The notes below the pieces were generated by a model. That model had not been told where the DNA came from. It made no database searches and saw nothing but the letters and a program-made list of their open reading frames with translations. Below are positions 1 through 11,100 of a stretch of 64,000 nucleotides of DNA, one piece after another. This stretch comes from Balanoglossus misakiensis. Its lineage: Eukaryota; Animalia; Hemichordata. The translations under genes and the position numbers were made by a program. Positions within the stretch are counted from its first letter, which is position 1. Every line of letters starts with the position of its first letter. Location: assembly GCA_040954595.2 (NCBI GenBank), contig CM082592.2, positions 11,441,912 to 11,505,911 on the forward strand. Reading direction: 5' to 3'.

Positions 1-789
1 CCACGCGTGTAATTTGCATCCAAGCCTGATCACCACCTGTTGACCATGCCAGTGACAGTTCGTGCGCGCATTGAAATCGGCACAGACAATAGACAAGACA
101 CTAACGATCTGAGAAACCTCGTGAATACATGTACATTACATATTCATTTCCAATGATCTCAAATACTGAATTACAAAGAAAACGATGAATACCATTTCGA
201 TGGTAAATTTACAATACCAATATCGCATAAGATGCCGTCATTTGCTTCACCTTTTCAAGTGGCAAACAAAAATACCGACCAAGAATATCGTAACAGGTGG
301 ACGATCCTCTCAGTGCATTGAACCCAACATGGCCGTTATTTGCTCTCACCTTTCGGGTTGTTGGAAGCAACCAATTTCGCTTCTCCGTTGATTTGCGGCG
401 ACGCCCATTTCTTTGAAAGCTGGTTTACGTACTCATGGAGTATTCACAAATCCACTCGGCCAAAATTTCGGGAAGAATTTCCATGACTTGAAGTGAAATT
501 TGAGATAAATTTAAGCGCACGTTGGAAGAAATGTCCCTTCGGAAGCGTCGTCTGCTGGTCAATTTCTGCACTTCCGCTCCACGATTTCCCATGAAACCTT
601 GCGCGTTCGCGAGATTCGCATTGGGTGTATGAAAGCTCTTCTGAATTTGTTCTTCTATTATTTCTTTCTTCAGGGTGGTGCCATCACTGACTGTTGTGCT
701 TCTGTGTGGTGTCCGTGTTGTACCGCCGCTCAACTCTCGCGAGAATGGGAGCATTCCGTTATGCACCGAAAATAGTTATCGAAGTGACG

Positions 790-1020
790 TGCCCCAGCTT
801 TTTCGCCAACAAGTCACGTGACAAGGCCTTCAGAAACCTGACATCCATTGGCTCGGAATATATATGACAAGGCCAATCGAATTTAATTAATATACCGCTT
901 TCCTCTGCGACCCAATAAGATTTTAGGATGATCAACATGGCCAAAGGCTTATAGGGCGTTATTTGCTAGGAAATTAAGGTTGAGCGGGAGGCTAAAATCT
1001 GTAGTCGAACCAATCAGAAA
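790..1020. promoter_or_regulatory. Probable promoter region, possibly bidirectional, with clustered CCAAT boxes and a palindromic E-box
   Basis: Perfect GTCACGTGAC (USF/TFEB-type E-box) at 813-822. CCAAT/ATTGG boxes near 847, 873, 912 and 1010. E2F-like TTTCGCC (~801) and GCGGGA (~984). The region is CpG-rich relative to its flanks and lies between a CpG-rich minus-strand leader (1-770) and the + strand gene at 1521. Confidence 0.5.
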
Positions 1021-1520
1021 CGAAGGAAACACCACACCGAACATAAAAGTTAATTCTTTGTACAGTACTGTTTTTGTTGAATAAAAGTAATTTGACGTGT
1101 ATTTCGAAAGTGAAATCAATTTGCATTGAGTGGTTGATTTATTCCAGTGGTCTTGTAAAGTACTGATGTGCTAAAACGACCAATATTCATAACTGTCATT
1201 GCGGTTACTTCACACTCCATTGTTCTGGCACAATCGAAAATGTTAATACGTCGATAAAATTCTCAATGGAAAATCCGTGTTATGTAAGAAAGGACCCGCA
1301 CTAGTAATGTGTTATACAGTCATAATGGCTTCTGGTGTCAATCGGACATGTAGTGCCAGCTGTCACAATTGCTTCTAAAGGTAAAAGGCACGGATGCGAC
1401 TCGCTACTGTCACTTCACAAGCGAGTAAGATTGCATTGGTACTCGGTGTCAGCTATCACCTTACAAACACCGACCTTCATTCCTGTCTCAACCGCTCTCA
1501 CACAGACAAGAGATGCAACC

Positions 1521-2843
1521 ATGTTTCGTGTCAGTTCCAAGGATTATGTAATTCAACACAACCGGGACTATATAGTCTTACTGGAGCAAAATGTCATATC
1601 TCTGGGATTTGCCGGACGTTTCCGATTACTATTCTGCTTTACTGCTATCATGGCTTCTTTTATAACCGGCATTTATTTACTGTATGCTGAATGTGACGGG
1701 CCTTTATTACCCATGGAGAAATTTGGTGTTGAATACAGCAACGGATCTGATCAGGTATATTCTTTGATATGTACACTGTGTGTATGAGTGCGTTTGTGTG
1801 TCTGTGTGTGGTAGCCTAGCTTACAACCCCGAAAACAAGTGCATTTGCCGATCTAGTAGTACTATTTCATTCAAACACAGAGCTAGAATAGGGTTTGACC
1901 AAGCATATTTACACTATTTATAAAGTGATCAATTGAACTAGGGCGTACAGCTGTGCTAGTTTTGACAAATATGTATCTATTTATACCAAAAACGCAATTG
2001 AATGTTTCAAGGGTAACATTTGCATTTTATCGGTGAATTTTATCGGCAAACGTGGTCATGCTCCATTGAGAGAAGGAAATTCATTGTCATGGCATAGAAA
2101 AGCATAGGCATCAACCAACATTTTTCAACCCGTTCAAGTTTCATGAGAACGCGTTGGCGCTATCCCATCATGGCAAATGGCGCCATCAAACGAAATCGCA
2201 TCGTTAACTGCTGTTTTTCTTTGTTTTCGGACAGATGATCATGGATGCACAGTCTGGCCTTGAAAGTAATATCACAACAGAGTATGGGAACACCACTTCT
2301 TCGGGAACAACGCAACTTCTTTACGAACACCGTTATTTGCTGCCAATAATCACAGACATCAGTTGTCACTTAGCAAATACCAATGACTTGTTCAAGCGGA
2401 CGACGGAAATCAGTCTTCGAGAGAACCGAACTCTAGTGCTGACCCCGTTCTTCTGTCACGACGGGAACAATACAGACGATGAAATGAAGCCCTTAAACTT
2501 TACATTTGACGTCGATCGGCTGAAACAGGCGTTGCCACTAGCAACAATTGAGGAATTCAAAGAACATTGCAGCGGCAGTGTGATACTCCATCATGGTGGG
2601 TCACTGGATAATTATGACGACACAAGGAAATATTTTTCAGAGTTCGCGGGGATTGACCTCCCCAGACGGCAGGACATTACTAATACAATTCTTATAAGAA
2701 AAGGAGACAAATCCAGCCACGATGACTTGCCCTGCCTTGCTGTGTATAATCCGAAAATTGCAGAAGGCAACGAAAGCTCAGCGCCCACTGTGAATCGCCT
2801 GGAGAGGGCGCCTATTCTTCGAAAAGCTGCCGACATCACGTGA
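1521..2843 (+). pseudogene. GDP-fucose protein O-fucosyltransferase family (O-FucT-like) type II membrane protein, C-terminally truncated (probable pseudogene or truncated paralog)
   Basis: Exon 1 is 1521-1754: ATG, a single TM segment LLFCFTAIMASFITGIYLLY, donor CAG|GTATAT. Exon 2 is 2235-2843: acceptor ttgttttcggacag|, phase 0. The joined protein is 280 aa. Motifs RYLLP...NRTLVLTPFFCH...FTFDVDRL...EEFKEHC resemble the first Rossmann domain of POFUT1/2-like enzymes. It stops at LRKAADIT* before the expected HxR-bearing second domain. Confidence 0.6.
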
Positions 2844-5186
2844 CATCAAACTCACTGGTCATCAACGATCAAAATTAGTTTTGAAGGAATACTCGCATGT
2901 TTTGCAACAGAAATAAAACCAATATTTTTTTGTTAAATCAATGACATTTAATGTATTTTATATTTTAGCAAAGACTTGACAATCTCCAGAAATTCCAACA
3001 CAGGAAAAGAAGTCAGAGTAGCACTTGCAAAATTCTTTTCATTTACAGCAATTTTGTATTAAGTGTTATATCCAACACATTTCACTTCAAATTTTACAAA
3101 TAATGTCAGGAAATTGCTGAGTTATACCTTACATCAACTGAAACAAGTCTAATTGCAAGCAATGGTGTACATCTTTTCATTTCTCTATATTTCCAAGGTA
3201 TACCTCACAGAAAAAGAATTAATGCACCTGTATAACACTTTAAGGGCAGTTGACATGGCTAAAAATCTTTTGCATACAACTCTTTCATGTTACAAAAACC
3301 CTTGCTGAATAGCTATGATGAGAAAAATCACCTATTTGTAAAGATTAATTCATCCCCAACACCAATAAAACTTGAAATTACCAGACATGAACCTTAAGCT
3401 TTTATACTCCAGTAGATATATACAAGGAATGATCATAGCAACATTAAAAAGTTTCAGTTTCAATTTGGAGAAAGTGGAATGAAAAAGCAAATTTTGGAAT
3501 TTATTTACAATTGTTGAATCTGTTGCAGACATGGCTGCTTCGCTCTCTATCCTTGCCACCTTGGAATGTAAAGCCTTTACTGCTGATGGCATTACTTGTA
3601 TGAAGGTGTGTGCGCTCATTGGAATGTAGACAGACTTCAACCCTCCTTTAACTATTTCATACCAACACAATTTGGTTCAGTCCCTAAGTATATCATGGTG
3701 AGGGTGACTCCAAATACATGGAAATAGGGGTGATGGCGTTTACAGGGTGGTGAGCAGCTTATCCCAGAACACAGGCACATTAAATGGAATGCTTGAAGAC
3801 ACTACCAGGACCTTCTCAGGTGCAGCAACATGAATTTGTATGACTAGTAAAACATTCTTCAAAAACCTTCTCTTGACAAATCAAACAAGACATCAAATGT
3901 AAATAGATCTACAGAATCAATTTCCCATTGTCCCTCAAACTAATCATTAACCTCATTACAAAATTTGCAGCCAAAGATCCAATGCCATGCCATTCTCTGT
4001 AAATCCAAAACCTTTGAACCCTAATTCTGGGGTTAACCCAACATATCAAGGTCATCAGAGGTCAGAGTTCAAAGGTTATAACGTATATCTATCGGCCTGG
4101 TTCTTATTCCTGCCACTACTAGTATCTCTTATCCAGCAAAATCAATATTTATATAAAATTTCCAAGATACGCTCATTCAACTATTTGCATATTAGAAATT
4201 ATTGTCAGAAATATGCAAACCACAAAACTGAAGTCAACCAGAGTAATGGGATGTGTACAATTTGTTGATAGTGTTGCAACAGACAATTGACAATTTCATA
4301 AGTACATCTACATGTATGGCTTTTATGCATGGCACTTCAATTCGGCTAGCAATGGCAGCAGTTTAACTCAAGCTAATGTTAAGTACTGAAAAAGCACATA
4401 AATTTTCACAAAATCAATTTGAAGCTTTCACATGACATGACATGAAAGAGACAGATCTCTTTCAAAAATAATTTTCAGGCAAGAACCAACTGCTAAGTGT
4501 CAGTCTGTTTTAACAAGTTTGAGTTGCAACACCATATAAAATGTTTATTTTTTTGTTCATTGTGGCGTGGCCATAGTTTCATCAAAAATATATCAACAAA
4601 ATGAGAACATTTGTTTGATCTTGGATCAAAATCATTTCGGTTTGGAATTATTTGCATATTTTGTTTAACTTTTCATATCATGAAGTTTGTTCGACTGTAG
4701 CATGGCCTCTTAAGAATGGGTAAATCATTGAAAAAAATAACCTGGTCCCTGAACCCATATTCCCGGAAGTTTGCATCAACTTCCTCTGAAATCACGACCT
4801 CTGGTGCAAAATAACATGGACAAAATCTATATCTATTTGCTTGTTTTAAAACTATCAGATGTAAAGACATGAGAGATCATAATTGAAAACTCTTCACTGG
4901 GTTTCCCAGGGAAAAGTTTTGAGTAAATACAGAGATCATGTTCACAGTTTAAAATGTTTTGTTTCGTGGCCGATTTTGCTTTGTTCATTTAACGCTGTAA
5001 ATGAATTCATTTGTGAGCTTATTAACAATCTCTCTAAAAAGACATTTCTTCTCAGCTTATATATATCCTTCCTTTTTTTCTTCTGAATAAAAAGTTCTTT
5101 ACTTGCCACAGATGGATCAATCTGTTCAGCACCATTTAGAGAGTTTATTTTTGACTTCTTGATTGAAGAAATGCAAGTCTTCTTTC

Positions 5187-8100
5187 TCAAACCAAATCAC
5201 TTGAAGTGTCTGAAGCGATTGCTTTTTCAAACTCTGCAAGAAAAATCATTTCCAGTGTCAGTATACAAGATTCAGTGTCTTGTGCTGGGTAGATTGTTTG
5301 GGTATATGCACGTCGCAGTAAGCATTCATCCAATCCAATACGCAGATTTAATCAGGTGACCGCATCTGACCAATCAGCAAAAGCTGTCACCTGCAATGAT
5401 TGGATTTCCAGCAACTGCTTGGATGTCAGTCAAGGAGTAAAAAACTATCAGCAAAAACAGGTTAAATGTGAAATAATGAAACAGAAAAGACTCTTGAGTG
5501 ATGACTTTGTTATCATCACCAGCATATCCAGTTTCTACAGCTATACAGGGAAAATAATAATGTTACTAATTAGCATTCACTCTTTGTTAGGTTGAACATG
5601 ACATGATCTCCATAAAGGATAACGGAGATCTGATTGTTTGAGAAGGATATTCACTTCAATGAAGGCAAGATACTGCACACAACCAAACACTGTAAATAGG
5701 GTCGACCTTCAACCTTTACTCCCAAAACACGTCATCCCCTATCTTAATATAATCAATCAATCAATCAATCAATCAACGAATAGAAAGACATGAACACAAA
5801 ATGTCAAAAACCACATCATCAAAAGAGTACCTGCTAATCTTCTATTTCTAGCAAACTGAATGTCTTTCATCCAATCTGGAGATCTAACACTCTCTGTGTC
5901 CTTTGTACTTGACACTGGTGTTAAACCTATAATCAAGTTCATGGTCGTCAGTAGAACGAACAGCAGACACACACACACACACTAAAGACCATACATGGCA
6001 ACATGATGATGCCAGTGCCAATTTTCTAACGAATATTTGAACGGCAAGTGAACTTGGGAACGCAGGGATTAAATACCATTGAACTACATGTATTTAATTT
6101 AGAAATAAATTAACACATGGAGTGATAAAACTACAGCAGGGGATATACATACTGTATATGAAAAAGCAAAAGCAATTTAACATTTTGATGTGGAAAAAAC
6201 ATACAGCAATGACTGACAAGCCTGGACAAAGCACTGCACAAATATGCTCATACAAAGCTGACATAATACTGTACTAAAACATGACTACATGTACATGAAT
6301 GAACATCAAAGATCAGTATATACAGAAAAATTATTGAAACATGACAGATCTTTCCGTGCTTCAGTTGTTGGGAAGAAAGCCACAAGTACTGTCACTATAA
6401 TTAGTAAACACCGGAATTTATTTGTATGATCAGTTAGTAATTAAACCACAGCAAAAGATCACGTTGAAAACTTGCACACATTTACAACGGATTAGAATTA
6501 ATGTGAGTAATAATCTAGATAAATATTCAACTTAAACCTACGTCGGGGTGGACTTAGTCCTGGGTTGTGCATGCATAAAGAATACACATTATTTTTAGGG
6601 TACACTATTAACAAACCTGTCCACAACACAAACTTCGTTTCGAAAATTATTCTGTGTTGTCTTTTTCACCGTTTGCTATGGACAGGTCCTGTTACATGCA
6701 TTGGAGGGCACAGTTAAACCATGCATAATTACGTGCATGAACAAGACATTTTCATAAAAAAATGTAAAATATTAAAAAATCAGTACAACTGGATTGTTAA
6801 TTAAGTAATCAAACATCACCTACTTGTATCAGAAGTATGTTTTGTGCCGCTCTTGACATTCTTGGGTGAAAACTGTAATTTACTGTCGGATGACGATGAT
6901 GTCATGTTGGTGGTATCTGTGATTATTGGTGAATCTCTGAAAATATCCGACTTGCGACGCCTTTCCATGAGTTCTTTCTTCCACTGAGGGACAGTGGGTT
7001 CTGAATCCTTCGATGGCTGGAAATACAAAGAAATGTCAAAATGAGATCAGAATTTACAACCTCAGTTAAATTGCATATAATGATTTTCCTGTTATACTCA
7101 TATCTCTACCAGCAGTCTCTCTAAAATACAAATTATCCAAATGTGAATGATTTCTCGGAAGTTCCCCATCAAATGTCAGAAACTTACAGAGGGTGTGATG
7201 GTTTCAATGCTTCCCAGACTCTGTCTCTGTTTCCGTCGCTTGGCTGCTTCAATCTTCCAGGCAGGTTCACTCGGTGACCCCTCTTTCTCCTTCCCATCCT
7301 CCATCTTGAGAAGACTTGATTCTCTGGAAGCTCTCCTCTTGGCCGCCAAATCTATCTGCCATTGGGGTAGGGTTGTCACCATGGGTGCTGGGGAATCTTT
7401 TGGTGATGGTGGTGGTATAACGATTGGCTTCTTTTTTCCTGCAAAGAGGATTTTGGTGTGAGAATTTCAGATGAAGATCACAAAATTTTACAAATAAAAC
7501 AACAGCTTACAGGGCAGCTGTAGTACACCGAGGGTCCTCACCAAAATGTTCATGCAAATCTTACCTGGACTTTCAGAGTCTTGTCTTCTTTTGGCCAATT
7601 CCTGTTTCCATGCAGGGACAGAAGATGGCGTTGTTTTGTCCTCTGGTTTTGGTCGTGGAGAAATTTTCGGTTTTTGCCTGCAGAGAGTGGTGGTTGACAC
7701 AAAGAGGTTTTATTATATTTAATTATGAATATGTCTCAGATTAATCTTGTCTACTCAGGCCACATTTTCTTATCAGGTGACAATCAATATTCCCAAACTT
7801 ACGGTATCGGAGGCAGCTTCTTCTTCGTCTTGGATTCCATGGCCCATGCCGGTGCCTTCTCCTCATTCTCCTTGTCATTTCTTGGACTCAGTTCTCCGTT
7901 ACTCGTCTTGGTGTCATCTTTGAGATCCACGGCGGCTTTTGTTGATTTCTGTCTGGCTTTGGCTTCTCGAAACCAGGCTGGTCCTTCGATGACATCACTG
8001 ACCCCTGTGGACGACTGTGGTTCAATCTTCTCAAGTGGTTTCAAAGAGGAACCTTCAGGAACCTTCTGTTGGGGGTGGATGAAGACATTGACATTTTTTA

Positions 8101-11100
8101 TTCATTCAAGCCACCAAAAGTTTTTAAGAATCAAGAAGCACCACCCCCTGACTGCAGTTATTCTTAACACAATTTACCTTGGCCTCCCGCACCCATGCCT
8201 CTGTACTCAGTGGTTTCTTCTCAATGATGATGACCTCCTTCGTATTTCCATCTGGACCGGAATTCACTGCAGATGTTTGTGTGGAGCTCCTGGGAACTGT
8301 TTCTGTCTTGACTACAATTGGATCTTCTTTTGCATCTTCATCTCGTGTAAATTTCTCTGTTGCATCAGAGTTCAAAATAAGTTTCTCCTTTGTGTGCTCC
8401 ACCTTTTCAGATTCAAGAGTTTGTTCAATTTTGGCAAGTTTGAGTTCTTTATTTTCCTCTTCTGTCTCTGCCTTTTGATTTGTTTCTTGGGGAATCACAA
8501 TTTCCTCAATTTTGTCATCGACCTCCACTTTCTCTTCCTTGCCCAGTTCATTGTTTACTGTGCTGTCATCATTCACACTGACCAACACCTCACCCACATT
8601 GCCGCCATCGCTCGTCTGTGGAATGTTCATGTCTGCAGCATCCTCTTCAGAAATCTTCACCCAATCTTCATCCTCCTCAAGATCCACATCCTTCTGCTTT
8701 TCATCTTCAACATCCACTTCTTTTTCTTCTCTCACATCAACTTTCCCTTCCACAACTTCAGCTGTGATAACATCCCTTTTTTCTGTTCCATCATTCTTCT
8801 CCTGCTTCTCTTCTGAAACATCTTTCCATTTCTCTTCCAACACATCTACTTTCCCTTCATCACCATCCTTTACTTTCTCCAATTCCTTATCATCTTTCCC
8901 TTCAACTTCCACAACTTCTTTCTCAACTTTCACTTCCTTCTCCTCCATCTTTTCCTCCTTTGCCTCATCCTTCAAAAACTTCTCCTGCGCAATCTCCTCC
9001 TTCACTTCACCTTCATTTTCCTTCTTCTCTTTCACCACTTGCTGTTGTAGTTTCTCGGCCATCTCTTTCTTCACAAAATCAAAGATATCCACTTCTTTCT
9101 TCGGAGTTGCTTTTTCCTCAACTTCTTGGTTTTCCACTTTTGCTGTTGATGGCAATTCTTCCTGCCTGTTTGCTATTGTTACATTCACATGTTCTTCCTT
9201 GACTTTTTCTTCTACTTTCTCATCTTCATTCTTTCCATCAACCTTATCATCTTTCTTCACATCCATCTTTTCTTCTATCTTAGTTTTCTCACTTTCTTTC
9301 TTTACTTCCTGTTTCTCATACATAGAGGGCGGTATAACCTTTTCTGGTTCCATCGGAGGTAGAAGGATCTTTTCCGGTTCCTTTTTGGTGAAGGCGAAGC
9401 TGTTTATTTCTTGAGCTAGTTTGTCGCCTTCTTCTTTCTTTTGTGTCTTCACAGGTCTGATGGGTTTTAGTGGTTTTGGTGGAGGAACACTGGGTTTCTG
9501 AAAGCAAAAATATGAAGCAAAATTAAGGTAAATTTATCTCTGTTTAATTGAAACCTATCATGTGACGCTTGCAAGCTACCCGACATTCAATTATGTCTGA
9601 ACATGATTAACTCTGTCACCATCACAATGTATTATCAAAAAATATTCCCACCTTCCTTTGTTCCACCTGGGGTTTATTTCTTGGTGAATTGCTTGGAGCT
9701 GTTGGTCTTGGTGCTGGAGTTGGTACTATTGGACGAAGTGGCTTGGCTTTCTCTTTCTCCAGTTGTTTGTTTTCCTTGGGTTTCTCAGCTGGACGAGGTG
9801 GAACTCGCGGTTGGGCTTTAGGCTGTGTTTTCTATGGTATCAAAGAGTGGCAGAGAGCATATATCAATAATGGTCATAATTTTGTAAAAGTAGTCACACA
9901 GATCAAATTCCCAACACAGCAATATTTATTGCTTGTAATATTACACATCTCTCCCATGAAGATTACTTGTACATATGTTGACCTGAAATTCAATCTTTCT
10001 CGTTACACATTTGATATCAACTACATTCCATAAAATTGTATCCCTTTGGGAATATTTGACATACACTACAGATCTGTATTTTCTGATTCACTAGACTAAA
10101 CTAGCAAATACTACATTAAAATCTGACCTTCAAAAGTTAGAATAATTTGATCGGAAAAAGTCTTGTAAAGTGATATTCCATATGAATATTCCATACATTC
10201 CAGACTATCTATGGATGCAGGAAAACTATTCCCTACAATCTCACAAGTATCACCCTTTATACAGAGCTAATACCAAGATCTACCACAGGCTCAAACGAAG
10301 TCAATTATTTACAGATGGAGAACTGTTCATCTTTTTACACACATAATCAAGATAATTGGTTTCAATAACAAAGATAAAGGTCTTCCTCATCATTTCCGTT
10401 GATGACCTAAATTGACATGTACAGAACAGTACAGTACACACAGGCTTAGATGAACACATTAATGAAACGTCCACAATAAAAAAGTTTAGTTTTGGGTGAT
10501 ATCAAAAATGAACAAGTTGTGAATTTGTACTTGAACTTTCATGCAAATCTGACACACCTGCAGAAATGACATCAATTTACACTTCAACCTAACAGATGTC
10601 ATTTCAAAGATTTAGTGACAATACAAAAAGCCCAGTGTCTACTCACTAATACTGATTTTCTTGAAAGATTCTTGGAAAACACTACCACACATTTCCGTAC
10701 CTTCTATACACACCGCCTTCCTCAGCATCTTCTGTGAGAATGCACAGAATCTCTAAAATGGCAGCTCGCCAGAGAACTATCCCATGATACAATTCTCATG
10801 ACCCCTATGCTTCTAATAATCAGATACATCTCACTTCATAGACCCCCTAAGTTCAATCAGATTTCACACCTTAATACTTTAGTTTCTGTGGATTAAACCT
10901 TGACAGTAACTGAGGACTTCGAGTCTTGTGATGTTCAGTAGAAACATGAGAGAAAAACAAGTCAGAATTGATGAAAATCAAGTACTTAACCTTGAGAGAA
11001 ATCACTATATAAATAATTCATGAAGTCTAATTCATATTCAAGACATGCCGGATCAGTTGATGGATTTTTATGGAAATTTCTTCTTACTGGAGGCAAGGAC

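Noticed and set aside
2841-2843. TGA as selenocysteine or readthrough in the O-FucT-like gene
   Set aside because: The downstream frame stays open for only about 30 codons without convincing family motifs, and I see no SECIS-like structure.
7725-9414. Long + strand ORFs (363 aa, 300 aa; Ser/Phe-rich)
   Set aside because: Antisense shadows of the Glu/Lys-rich minus-strand exons, with no independent splice or homology signal.
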